A stretch of DNA of 64,000 bases from Octopus sinensis (taxonomy: Eukaryota), in assembly GCF_006345805.1 (NCBI RefSeq), contig NC_043006.1, forward strand, positions 83,886,001 through 83,950,000. Direction: 5' to 3'. The notes beneath the pieces were generated by a model. The model searched no databases and was not told the DNA's origin. It was given only the letters and a program-made list of their open reading frames with translations. Made by a program: the position numbers and the translations under genes. How positions within the stretch are numbered: the stretch's first letter is position 1; every line of letters begins with the position of its first letter. Below are positions 1 through 12,169 of the stretch, piece by piece.

Positions 1-3000
1 GCACCTTGGGCAAGTGTCTTCTACTATAATCTCAGGCTGACAAAAGCCTTGTGAGTAGATTTGGTGTGTGTGTGTATGTATGTATTTATGTATATATATA
101 TATATATAATATAATATAATATAATAATAATAATGAAATTATTGTATACAGTGCTCAGGTGCACCACAACTTGTCACAAAGTGCGTATAAAGTGTATGCA
201 TGTATATGTTTGTGGGTCTGTGTTTGTACCCCCACCCATTCTTGACAACCAATGTTGGTGTGTTTAGTCCCTGTAACTTAGTAGTTCGCCAAAAGAGACT
301 GATAGTATAAGTACTAGGCTTACAGTGAATAAGTCTTGGGGTCGATTTAATCGACTAAAGGTGGTCTTCCAGCATGACCACAGTCAAATGACTGAAACAA
401 ACAAAAAGACTAAAAAGAAAAAGAATAAAAAAGGTACTGATATAGTGGTGGTGGTGAGAGATCAGCTGATAGCAGTAGTAGGTGGTGGGGTGAGGGGAAT
501 GAGCATGACAATGGAAGTGACAGGGCAATAGCTACCAGCAATGGTTTCTGTCTTTAAACATCCTACATGTTAACCCTAGATCAGTGGTTCCCAAACTTTT
601 TTGGGCTGGCACCCAGGCCACATTCCTAGCGCCCCCCTCACCTTCCCCACCACAAATATGGACTATTTTCTGCAGTAAATTCAAAACAACTGTATTTCAC
701 AAATAAAACATAATTCTAATTAACTTATTAATATTTTTTTTATATCACCCCATTTTGGCCACCCCATTATCATCCCACTTATCTTCAACACCCCCTGGGG
801 GCAATACCGCCCACTTTGGGAACCACTGCCCTAGATTGAGAATACCTGGTGATCAAAAGCATTCCAACCGTGACCATCCTGCCTGTTTTCTCTCCTTATT
901 ACAGGCAAGGAGCCCAACAACATGTTATCGAAAGTTATCCTATTCTAAGATGGTTGGGGTTGGGGAGGTGTGAATGTATCGTATTTCTTTACTACCCACA
1001 AGGGGACAGACAAGGACAAAGAAACGGATTAAGTCAATTATATCGACCCCAGTGCATAACTGGTACTTATTTAATCGACCCCAAAAGGATGAAAGGCAAA
1101 GTCAACCTCGGTGGAATTTGAACTCAGAATGTAACAAAATACCGCGAAGCATTTCGCCCAGCGTGCTAACATTTCGAATGTATCTTGAGGGAGATTTTGC
1201 TGTTGTTTCTAGTAGTTTGATTGACCACTTTGAGGTAAAGCTCCTTCAACAGGCTGGTGGTGGTGTCAGGAATAGCAGTGTTTTGGGGGGAGGAATAGTA
1301 TATCAGCTGATTAGGCAGTGATGAGTGGTGGTGGTGGTGGTGGTGGTAGTAGTTGTAGCATTTGATGCAGTGAAGAGGGGGAGGGTCAGTTTATAGCTGT
1401 GGTAGTGGTGATGGTGGTGGAAGTATCTGTAATGTAAGTAAGAGAGTGGTGGTGGTGGTGGTGATGGTAGTGTTGGTAATTGCATTTTGAAGAGAAATGG
1501 TCCAACATCTAAAGACAGGAGGGACGGGGATGGGAGAAGTGGTTGTGATGGTGGTGGCTTTGTTGTATTAAGCCAGTCCCATGTCAGTTCTAATAAAGCA
1601 GGCTTATAATCAAAGTGTACCAGCCATGACCATCCAATCTCATTTTCAGCCGCTATAATATCTCAGACTCTTATCTGATAATATGTCCTTCTGCTTTTAT
1701 GTATATTTTGTTCTTTTTTTGTTTTGTTTTGTTTATTTTTAAACAGAGATTTGGTTTATTTCTAGCTGGTCTAAAACTGTAGCGTTCATGAGGTTGTGGG
1801 AAGTGGAGTAAGACCAGATCAGCTGATGCAGAAGAGATGATGATGGGTGGGATTGAGAATGGCAATGGGAAAGCAATAGTGGTGGTGGTGGTGGTGGTGG
1901 TGGTGGAGATGACGCATCAGCCACCTCCTGTACCCAATCACTAAGAATGTAAAAGCCTATATATACTGTTTCATGTCTGCAAAATAAATATCATTGATGT
2001 ATATGCCATCGTATATCATCACAACCGTAACATGGTATTTCCAGGAGAGCTGAATCTGTTGGCTTATTTACTCACACACTCACACACTTACATGAACTAA
2101 AATCAGACTGTGTGTGTGTGGCAGTCATCATCATCGTTTAACGTCCATTTTCCATGCTAGCATGAGTTGGACAGTTCAACTGGGGTCTGGGAAGCCAGGA
2201 GGCTGCACCAGGCTCCAGTCTGATCTGGCAGTGTTTCTACAGCTCGATGCCCTTCCTAATGCCAACCACTCCGTGAGTGTAGTGGGTGCTTTTTACGTGC
2301 CACTGGTACAGGTGCCAGGCGAGGCTGGCGATGGCCACGATCGGCTGGTGCTTTTTATGTGCCACCGGCACGGAGGCCAGTTGAGGCGGCATTTAAGTGA
2401 GATATTTAATCACTGGAAGGGATGTGACTGTGGTTAAAAAGTTCTCTTCCCAACCACTTTCCAGAGCTGTTTGTTGTTCGATAGACTAGAAGATTATTAC
2501 CTCCCTTGGAAAACAAGTGTGCAAATGTTGGTGACAGGAAGAGTATCCAGCTATAGAAAAAATTCTGGAAAAGTAGACATTAAAATGATGATGATCCCAA
2601 TCATAAATGAAATGCCTTTTATTGTAGGACTGCTCAGAGCTAACTTCTTAAAAAATCATCAACGATAATAAATTAACTGAAGACAAATGTTTTTAGGCCT
2701 GGAGGGCATATAATTGTTTGAACCAAATCTATTGCTATGATTAGTATTTATTTAATCACCATCGGCAAGATTTAAGGCGGCAAGCTGGCAGAAACGTTAG
2801 CATGCTGGACGAAATGCTTAGCGGTATTTCGTCTGTCTTTACGTTCTGTGTTCAAATTCCACTGAGGTCGACTTTGCCTTTCATCCTTTCAGGGTCGACA
2901 AATTAAGTACCAGTTACGCACTGGAGTCAATGTAATCGACTTAATCTGTTTGTCTGTCCTTGTTTGTACCCTCTATGTTTAGCCCCTTGTGGGCAATAAA

Positions 3001-3302
3001 GAAAGAATAAATTCATTCATTGGTTTCAAATACTTCTTGAATATGGTCCTTATATTTTAATCCCACCTCTTAACACTACTCTTAACATGTCTATGACCCT
3101 TCCCTTTTCAAGGCTCTTGAAATATGACCCTTTCCTTTTCAGGGCTCTTGAAAAAATGTAATGAAGTAAATGATGCATTTGTATATATTTTTGTCTTCAT
3201 TATTTTAATTATTAAATGACTTATAAAGTTTCATAGTAAGTATTCTGTCTGTTTATTTCTCTCTCTCACTCTAATATATGTCTTTTTTATATGAATTTTC
3301 AG

Positions 3303-3354
3303 GAGCTTGCAACTTATGAAAAGATGGGTGACCGAGTTCAAATTACTCCTGAAG
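3303..3354 (+). CDS. SAT2: Diamine N-acetyltransferase (SAT1/SAT2 family, GNAT), internal exon equivalent to vertebrate exon 2
   Basis: tttcag|GAGCTT...GAAG|gtattt; 52 nt, phase 0 to 1; ELATYEKMGDRVQITPE resembles SAT2 ELAEFEKLSDQVKISEE and SAT1 ELAKYEYMEEQVILTEK. SAT1 versus SAT2 orthology is not resolved. Confidence 0.9.
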
Positions 3355-3484
3355 GTATTTAATATGAGTACTTTTACTTTTCATTTTTGTTTTTTATTGG
3401 GTTTTTTTTTTATCTCTATTAAGAATAGAGACAAAAATGGGACACAAAACTCTACTTGTGAAGACCTGTTGAGGCAAGTGAGAC

Positions 3485-3942
3485 GGTGAGTTCCTAGCCG
3501 TTGCCAGCGCCGCCCAGACTGGTCTCGTGCCAGTGGCACGTATAAAGCATCATCCGTTCGTGGCTGTTTGCCAGACCCGTCTGGCACCACCATCTGTTCG
3601 TGGCCATTGCCAGCGCCGCCCCGACTGGCCTCGTGCCGGTGGCACATAAAAAGCATCATCTGTTCGTGGCCGTTGCCAGCCTCGCCTGGCCCCCATGCTG
3701 GTGGCACGTAAAAAGCACCACCCGTCCGTGGCCGTTTGCCAGCTTCGTCTGGCACCTGTGCAGGTGGCACGTAAAAAGCACCCACTACACTCACGGAGTG
3801 GTTGGCATTAGGAAGGGCATCCAGCCGTAGAAACACTGCCAGATCAGACTGGGCCTGATGCAGCCTTCTGGCTTCACAGACCCCAGTTGAACCGTCCAAC
3901 CCATGCTAGCATGGAAAGCGGACTCTAAATGATGATGATGAT
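3485..3942 (+). mobile_element. Repeat family C (RTE 3' UTR-related, (GAT)n tail)
   Basis: Ends ggaaagcggac..taaatgatgatg; other copies at ~2124-2385, 7308-7700, 13525-13800, 20812-21120, 34220-34538, 38800-39025, 42170-42530, 46920-47228, 51376-51612. Confidence 0.8.
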
Positions 3943-3996
3943 GAAGAATGACTTTATATATCATTGTTGTCATTTTTGCTGTTTTGCATGCATGTA

Positions 3997-5283
3997 TCAG
4001 GTCATCCCATAAGGTCTGTCCGAATTTTGAATAAAGAAAACAAGTTATCAAATGTTATATTTAATTGAAATTTAATCATCAATGTACTTTCCCTGATTAT
4101 CTATGACTTCCTTCCATCTATTTACAAGCTTTTTAATCCCATCAATGTAAAACTCTTTTGGTTTCAAAGCGAAGAACTCTGAAATGTCAGTTTCGACCTC
4201 CTCCTGACTTGCGAAAGTTATGTCCCCCAAATGATTCTGTAAACTACAAAACAAATGGTAGTCTGAAGGAGCAAGGTTGGGAGAATAAGGTGGATGAGGA
4301 ATTTTTTCCCAACCAAGTTCTTCGATCTTCTGTGATGTGATCTTTGCAGTGTGGAGTTGCGCATTGTCCTGATGAAACATCAGTCCTTTTCGATTCACTA
4401 AAGCAGGTCTTTTTTTCTTCAAAGCTTGGTTCAAATGCTCTAATTGCTGACAGTAGACTTGAGCATTAATTGTTGCATTAGGTGGTAACAATTCAAAGTG
4501 AATCATTCCTTTGCAGTCCCACCAGATAGAGAGAAGAACCTTTTTCCCATGAAGTTCCCTTCTTGGTTGTGGTTGAGCTTTTTCCATTTTACCAAGCCAC
4601 TGTTTACGACATTTAACATTTTGATAGAAGATCCATTTTTCACCACCAGTCACAAGTCTATCCAAAAAGGCTGAAATGAGTTCACAAGAATGAAGAGAAG
4701 AGCAGATGTCTATGTGGTATTTGCAGTTGCTTTCGGACAATTCATGAGGCAATCATTTTCCAAGTTTAGGAACATTTCCAAATTGTTGAAGATGAACAGT
4801 TGTATGGTTTGAACTAAGCTTTATTGCCAATTCTTCAACTGATAATGCAGGATTTTCTTCAAGTAATGCCTCAAGGAGCTTATTACCAAACTCAACTGGA
4901 CGTCCTGTTCGATCTTCCTCTTCATGGCTGAAATCTCCACTTCTGAATTTTGCAAGCCATCTTCTGCAAGTTCTTTCATTCAAGCATGTATGTTTCAAGT
5001 CACTTCAGCTGCAGAGTTTCCTCTTTTGTACTCATAAAGCATTATGTGTCTCAAATGCTCTTTGGATACTTCCATGTTAGAAAGGGTTTTAATCAAAGAT
5101 ATTTTAATTCTATTATTCTGTAAAATAATATTTAATTAGTTTAATTAGTATTCTGTAAAATAATATTTAATTAGTTTAAATGTACACAAATGCATAAAAA
5201 TAATTTTAAATTTCAGACATTCTATTAAATTTCATTCAATTTTAAAAAAGGTAAAATTGGACAGAACTTATGGGATGACCTGA
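3997..5283 (-). mobile_element. Full-length (1287 bp) mariner transposon, DD34D, inactive
   Basis: TIR tcaggtcatcccataa / ttatgggatgacctga with TA on both sides; transposase carries HQDNA-(34)-PSDYHLF and YSPNLAPSD motifs. Confidence 0.95.
4072..5075 (-). pseudogene. Mariner transposase pseudogene
   Basis: ATG GAA GTA TCC at 5075; TGA after AAEVT; deletion/frameshift; TGA at the W of W(V/L)PHEL; first catalytic D changed to G (VTGGEK). Confidence 0.9.
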
Positions 5284-7899
5284 TAGTAATTTATTATCAG
5301 TTCAGCAGACATCAACAGACATCAGTCAAATAACTTGTTTGCCAAATTCTATAAACAAAATCCTTCACTCTTACTTAGATTCATTGATCTAAGGATAGCT
5401 TTAACAGAAGAGACACAACTAGGTCAAAACACCACAAGTCCCTTTATATCAACCAATTGAGTGTGTTATGAATACACATCATCTGAAGAGACAAGGTGTA
5501 CTCTAAAGACAGCAGTGATTATTATATCCATGTTCAAATCTCCCGGAAATATTAGTTTCAAATTTTGGCACAAGGCCAGCAATTTTAGGTGGGGGGGGGG
5601 TAAGTTGATTACATTGACCCAAGTGCTCAGCTGGTACTTATTTTATTGATCCTGAAAGGATGAAAGGTAAAGTTGACACTGGTGGAGTTTGAACTCAGAG
5701 TGGATGAAATGCCACTGAGCATTTTGCCTGGCATGCTAACAATCTTGCCAGCTTGCCACCTTCGTCTGCCAGACCATATTTAGAATGAATGTGTGTGGCA
5801 TTATCTATTTATATTCGTTTTATCTTTCACCATGATTCAGAACAGAAATAACCACCCATTTCTAATTTAGTCAATAGTTAACATTCACAAGTCCTTAACT
5901 CTTCTTTTGACCTTCTCGCCATACTGGAGCACTATCATTTTGGGTTAGTCAAATAAATTCGTCCCAAAAACCAGCTTGATAACGACGGTTATTTTACCAA
6001 ATTCTTCATTATTTTAAAAATTGAAACAAACACAGTGTTTCATCATGAATATGGTAACAAAAGGGATAAAAACATTAAACCCATTTTATTTTTATTAAAC
6101 ATAACAATTTACCTATTCCACCTTGCTCAAGGTGTACAAATGCTTTTTGTAATGAAGAACACTGATCCAATGTAGCCAAACTGTATATAAGACAGTAGAG
6201 TGTGATTTGAGGAACATTTGGCTACTATTTCTAACAGGTCAGTTGACCACATAGTAGCTCCTGGATTTGGACAATGATCCTCTATTTTTTTTTTTGTTTC
6301 TTTCCATTGGCACAGTGTGACTGTATGGTAAGAAGTACGGTTCCTAACCACATGGTGCCAGGTTCAGTTCCACTGTGTGGCTGGTGCCTTGAGCAAGTGT
6401 CTTCTATTTTGGCTCTGGGCTGACCAAAACTTGTGAGTGGATATGGTTGACAGAAACTGAATGAAACTCATCATGCATATATGTATGCATGTGTGTGTGT
6501 CTTTGTGTTTGTACCCCCCTCCCACCACCGCCACTTGACATTAAGTGTTGGTTTGTTTGCATTCTATAACTCAGTGGCTTGGCAATAAGATACTTGTTAC
6601 AAATACACACCAGACTTGAACAAAAAAAAAAGAACTGAGGTTTATTTTTTTTCTACTAAACCCTTCAAGGCAGTGCCCCAGCATGGCCACATTCCAATTA
6701 CTGAAGCAAATAAAAAATAGATGAATTTCCACCTGGGAGTAACAAATTAGCAGAAATGTTAACAAAAGCAAGATTGATGAAGACATCTTTTGTTAAAATC
6801 CTTATTTAATATTGAATTCTTTGGTATTTTTATTTATTTATTGTCTCTTTGATATGACTCTAATCTTGTTCATTCTTGTGTGAACGACCTTTTAAGGTTT
6901 AGGGGATTGACATTTTGGTCTTCCTTGCTTCACTAGACAACGGCATTCTTAGTTGAATATTAAATGCTCATTAGCATGTTTGGTGACGCTGTTAGAAAAA
7001 GACAAAAAATAAAACACACACACACACATAAACACATTTCAGATTGTTTTGTTTATACCCTAGCAGACAATTGATACAAGAGAGATAATCTTTTGTTCAT
7101 GATATTTGGTGGGATTTTAATTTTAAATAAAGGAATAAGGAAAAAATGGTTCGTAAATAAGTTGCCAACAGAAAAGTATAGATTCCATCAATGATAAATT
7201 GGTTAAGGTGTTAAACTACAGTGCTAATTGTTCCTAGTTTGTGATATCATCTGCTTTGTTGAGGCAGATTTTCTATGTCTGGAAGCCCTGCTTGTTGCCA
7301 ACCTTTTCATCATCATCATCGTTTAACGTCCGTTTTCCATGCTAGCATGGGTTGGATGATTTTGACTGAGGGCTGGCGAACCAGATGGTTGCACCAGGCT
7401 CCAATCTTGATCTAGCAGAGTTTCTACAGCTGGATGCCCTTCCTAATGCCAACCACTCCAAGAGTGTAGTGGGTGCCTTTCACGTGCCACCGGCACTGGG
7501 GCCAGTCAGGCAGTACTGGCAATGACATCGCTCGAATCTTTTTACACGTGCCAGTGAAGCGACATTGGTAACGATCACACTCGAATGGTGCCCTTTTACG
7601 TGCCACGGGTATGGAAGCCAGTTGGCTGCTCTGGCAACAATCACGCTCGGATGGTGCTCTTCGTTCCAAACGATGTAACACATCCTCATGGCCTGACATG
7701 CTTTCATGGTAAACTAGAAAGAAAGTAGCTTGGGTGCTACTTAGTGTGCTGTCTACCGCAGTATCCTGTCTACGGTGTGAAATTTCTTTTAGCGTGTGGT
7801 CTACCTTTTCTTACCCCTTTACACTATAGTGTGCAATCTACCTCCACTATAAGAACTTTATACACCAGGATGATAAAAACAAATTGAATAATGTTGAAT

Positions 7900-8075
7900 A
7901 GGTGCAGGAGTGGCTGTGTGGTAAGTACCTTGCTTACCAACCACATGGTTCTGGGTTCAATGCCACTGCGGGGCACCTTGGGCAAGTGTCTTCTACTATA
8001 GCCTCGGGCCAACCAAAGCCTTGTGAGTGGATTTGGTAGATAGAAACTGAAAGAAGCCCATCGTATATATGTATG

Positions 8076-8132
<57 letters not shown>

Positions 8133-8322
8133 TTGTGTGTCTGTGTTTGTCCCCCCATCATCGATGGTGGTGTGTTTACGTCCCCATAACTTGGCAGTTC
8201 GGCAAAAGAGACCGATAGAATAAGTACTAGGCTTACAAAGAATAAGTCCTAGGGTCGATTTGTGCGGCTAAAGGCGGTGCTCCAGCATGGCAGCAGTCAA
8301 ATGACTGAAACAAGTAAAAGAG
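7900..8322 (+). mobile_element. tRNA-derived SINE family A (~400 bp, internal TA/TG microsatellite)
   Basis: Head aggtgcaggagtggctgtgtggtaag...gggttcaatgcc; tail gactgaaacaagtaaaagag; further full or partial copies at ~1-400, 6325-6715, 11782-11910, 22222-22360, 24545-24966, 27520-27835(-), 41493-41830, 46085-46255(-), 49435-49790(-). Confidence 0.85.
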
Positions 8323-8814
8323 TAATGATTTGACAATAACTTACAATTAAATCTTAATTGACGATACATGCTTCGTACATCATTTAGGAATGCCACAAAC
8401 AAATCTGCTGCATCTTTTCCCGAAACTTTCCAGCAAAGACTGGAAGAGCTCACTACTAACACCTATCATTTTCTTTAAAATAGTCATAAAATAGTTGAGG
8501 AATCCAACCTTGATCTCTCAATAGCCTCTGTAAAATTATATGTCTATAGAAATCCTTTAACAGTTTTGTAATGGTTAAAGTAATTTCACATTGTAGACAG
8601 GATGCTGCGGTAGACCACATGCTAAAGTAAGCTACTGGAGTAGACAACACGCTAAAGTAGCACCCAGTGCTTGTGTGATGGTGACCTTTGTTTTATAACT
8701 ATTGTGCTGTGTCAAGAGAAGGAGACAAACACATACTCACAAACACAAACACACACCCACATATGCACATAAACACTGTGAAGATGTGAATCCATAATTG
8801 TTAGTATAGATTCT

Positions 8815-9046
8815 TATTTCTTTATTGCCCACAAGGGGCTAAACATAGACGGGACAAACAAGGACAGACAAAGAGATTAAGTCAATTACATCGACCCCAG
8901 TACATGACTGGTACTTAATTTATCAACCCCGAAAGGATGAAAGGCAAAGTCGACCTCAGCGGAATTTGAACTCAGAACGTAACAGCAGACGAAATACGGC
9001 TAAGCATTTTGCCCAGCGTGCTAACATTACTGCCAGCTCACTGCCT
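8815..9046 (-). mobile_element. SINE family B (~230 bp) with 16-bp TSD
   Basis: TSD tgttagtatagattct at 8799-8814 and 9047-9062; other copies at ~978-1172, 2773-3008, 39033-39262, 50515-50725, 56725-56958. Confidence 0.9.
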
Positions 9047-9844
9047 TGTTAGTATAGATTCTGTTAATGATAAATTAGCTAAGATTTTGAACTATGATGC
9101 TAAGTGTTCATAGTTTGTATGCTGTCACCAACACTGTTACATTCTGTCCATAGACAGAACATAGTTATTACTGTATTAGTCCACCTAGGTGTCGATCAGA
9201 GCCATCATTAAGAAAGAACTCCTTTATCTGATAGGCTTGGCAGAAGCTGTGCTTTATCAACCCTTGAGTATTCAGATTACCCTGTCAAATGTAATGCTTA
9301 TCTATTCATGTTCTTTTGAATTAATCATGAATTATCGTTATCTTATTTCTTTGAAATTTTGATGATAATAATTGTTTATTTTCATAAAGATGTTTCTGGA
9401 TAAATGTGAAAAGCTGAATCTGGCTTGTTTGAACATAAAGCAGTGTATTTGAGGTGGATATGGCTGACTTAAATACTAATGGCTTAACCCTTTAATCTTT
9501 TGCTATTAACCCACCAGAAACCACTCCTGGTTCTGTAATGCAAACTCTGTCTTATAGTGATCTGAATTAAAAGCATTCCATCATAAAATCTTGTTAATTT
9601 ATACACAAAAGGCCAACATAATAGTAAAGTTATTTTATGAGATTCTAGATCTAGTCTGATGAATAGTAATGTGAAATTTGAATAAATAGATATGAGATGT
9701 CAGCTGTAATGACTGTATACATACATACACACATACATACATATACATAAATATATATATATAGATATTATATATATATATATATATTATATTCTTCTTC
9801 TTTTCCTCCTCCTCCACCCCTTCTTCTTCTTCTTCCCTACCAAG

Positions 9845-10066
9845 AATTCACAAGACCTCGAATCCACAAGAGTAAACAAAAGAGACAGACAGAAACAGGG
9901 AAAATGCCACTTGTATTTGAATACTATGCAAATATTCTTTTAAAAAGCTTTTCTTTTAATTTTTCCAAAACTTTATTGTTTTCCGTACTTACGGTTGAAA
10001 AAGTCTCAATGACCGAAACCGGTACTGAAATGTCTTTTATAAAATTATTTTTTGCATTTTCTACCT

Positions 10067-10068
<2 letters not shown>
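9845..10068 (+). mobile_element. ~220-bp hammerhead-bearing short repeat, copy 1
   Basis: Inverted copy at 11942-12165 and a 3' half-copy at ~27355-27412; abuts (TC)n. Confidence 0.7.
9989..10029 (+). ncRNA. Minimal type-I hammerhead motif, U3-A8 core variant
   Basis: ttacgg TTGAAAA AGTC tcaat GACC GAAA CCGG TA ctgaa. Confidence 0.6.
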
Positions 10069-10140
<72 letters not shown>

Positions 10141-10262
10141 CTCTAATCTCGCTCCTATCTCTCTCTCCTCTATCCTCTCCTCTCTCTCATCTCTCTCATC
10201 TCTCTCGCTCCCTCCTCTCTCACTCTCTTCTCTCTCGGCTCTCTCCTCTCTCTCTCTGAGAG
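10069..10262. repeat. (TC)n microsatellite with degenerate tail
   Basis: Direct; many (TA)n, (CA)n and (TAA)n tracts also occur across the window. Confidence 0.95.
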
Positions 10263-11074
10263 AGAAGAGTCATGGCTTAGTAGTTAGGGTTTGAATTTAT
10301 AGTTTCAGTTCCTGGACCGAGTGGACATTGTGTTCTTGAGCAATTGCTTCTGTGGTTAAGCAGTTCACTTTGTAACCAGATGGTTCTTTGTAGGGAATCA
10401 CACTGCCTGGTACCTTTGGCAAGTGTCTACTAATAGTCACTTGTTGGCCAATATCTTGAGTGGAACTTGCTAGACGGAAGCTGTACAAGCCTGTGTATGC
10501 ATGTGCATCTCTGTATTCGTGTTTGTTTACACTAGAATAAAAAAACATTTTTTTCCTAGGCCTCATAACATTAGCTGTTCGATCATACATCTGAAATAAG
10601 TATCTCAGAGTAATTAATATATTCAACTAAAACTCTGTAGGAGATTGATATAATTTACTGCACCACCTCCCCTGAAATTTAAGATCTGCCGATAATGGAA
10701 ACTTTTATACTTACAGATGTACATGACAGAAATAATTACTCTTATATGTCTAAATTTGGTGGTTTTCCCTAGTTCTTTACCCTTCCCCCACCTAACTGGC
10801 ATGCTACGATGTCAACAAACTTCATATAAAGTAAACAAGTGAACCAGAAGACTTTCTTAGTTCCAGATCTTAACATTTTTTTTTGTTTCTTTAATTGTAT
10901 GATTCTGACCCAGTTAATGGTTTGCAACAAGTAGTTTATAGCAACATACAGTCTCGTAAATAAACATAGGACAGAAATAAACAAGCAGGCATTTCTTTCT
11001 CTCTTTTTTTTTCTCTCTTACCTTTTCTCTAATAATTAGGTAAAGAATGAAGGAATGGGAACAGTGTCCATTTG

Positions 11075-11135
<61 letters not shown>

Positions 11136-11168
11136 ATATGTGTGTGTGTATGTATATATGTGTGTGTG

Positions 11169-11207
<39 letters not shown>

Positions 11208-11479
11208 TATATATCTATTCTTATTATTATTATATTATATATTTATCATTCATTATATATTTTTTGAGATCTAGTTATAAGTTATATATTTAAAAAAAAA
11301 AAATTATATATATATATATATATTATTTGTTATTTATGTATTGGTTTATGTCTATCACTGTTTGAGTTGCATAATAGTGGTTTTATCTCTAATTCATATT
11401 TTATATATATATATATATATATTACGAAGATGTACTTGCTTAGCAGGTGACTTGATCTGAGATCATGTACTGAAACAAA

Positions 11480-11751
11480 AACAATTGCAGCGGGGAAGGT
11501 GTCCATAAGCCATTTAAAAACACACAAAAGACTGTTACATTCACTTCAACATTTAAATTTAATTTGTGTCATAATACCTTCGTTGCTTTGAAACTGCAAC
11601 CTGTTCACTATTTGTTTTGTCAGTGAACAGGCTGCGGTTACAAAGTGACAAAGGTATTTTGACACAAATTAAATTTAAATGTTGAAGTGAATTTAACAGT
11701 CTTTTGTGTGTTTTTAAATGGCTTATGGACACCTTCCACGCTGCAATTGTT
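11480..11751. repeat. Foldback palindrome, ~130-bp arms, 12-nt loop
   Basis: aacaattgcagcg...cctgttcact | atttgttttgtc | agtgaacagg...cgctgcaattgtt. Confidence 0.9.
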
Positions 11752-11941
11752 ACATATATATAAATATATATTTATATACAGGCATAGGAGTGACTGTATG
11801 GTAAGAAGCTTGCTTTCCAACCACATGTTTCCAGGTTCAGTTCCACTTTGGGCAACTGTCTTCTATAGCCTTGTGAGTGGATTTGGTAGACAGAAACTGA
11901 AAGAAGTCCATCGTGTGTGTGTGTATATATATATATATATA

Positions 11942-12165
11942 AAGTCAAGATAGAAAATGCTAAAATAATTTTATAAAAAACATTTTAGTACCGGTTTCAG
12001 TCATTGAGACTTTTTCAACTGTAACAATTAAATAATTAAATTTAGAAAAATTAAAAGAAAAGTGTTTTTTAAAAGAATATTTGTATAGTGTTCAAATACA
12101 AGTGGCGTTTTCCTTGTTTCTGCCTATCTCTGTCTCTCTTGTTTACTCTTGTTGGTTTGAGGTCA
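11942..12165 (-). mobile_element. ~220-bp hammerhead-bearing short repeat, copy 2
   Basis: Reverse complement of 9845-10068; abuts (TA)n. Confidence 0.7.
11984..12024 (-). ncRNA. Minimal type-I hammerhead motif, U3-A8 core variant (second copy)
   Basis: Reverse complement: ttacag TTGAAAA AGTC tcaat GACT GAAA CCGG TA ctaaa; perfect 4-bp stem II. Confidence 0.6.
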
Positions 12166-12169
12166 TTAT

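Noticed and set aside
1748-1808. + strand mini-exon upstream of SAT exon 2
   Set aside because: Does not encode SAT exon 1 and does not join in frame
5480-5520. CTGAAGA...TAAA hammerhead-like string
   Set aside because: No GAAA, weak stem II and no UH cleavage site
7900-7985. tRNA-like sequences at SINE heads
   Set aside because: A/B-box-like heads continue into SINE bodies; no complete cloverleaf, so not called tRNA genes
11047-11293. ORFs rich in IYIY/HTHT/VVVV (many in the track)
   Set aside because: Translations of microsatellites or SINEs
11422-11480. acgaagatgtac...gtactgaaac hammerhead-like string
   Set aside because: Core and stem III/cleavage triplet do not fit
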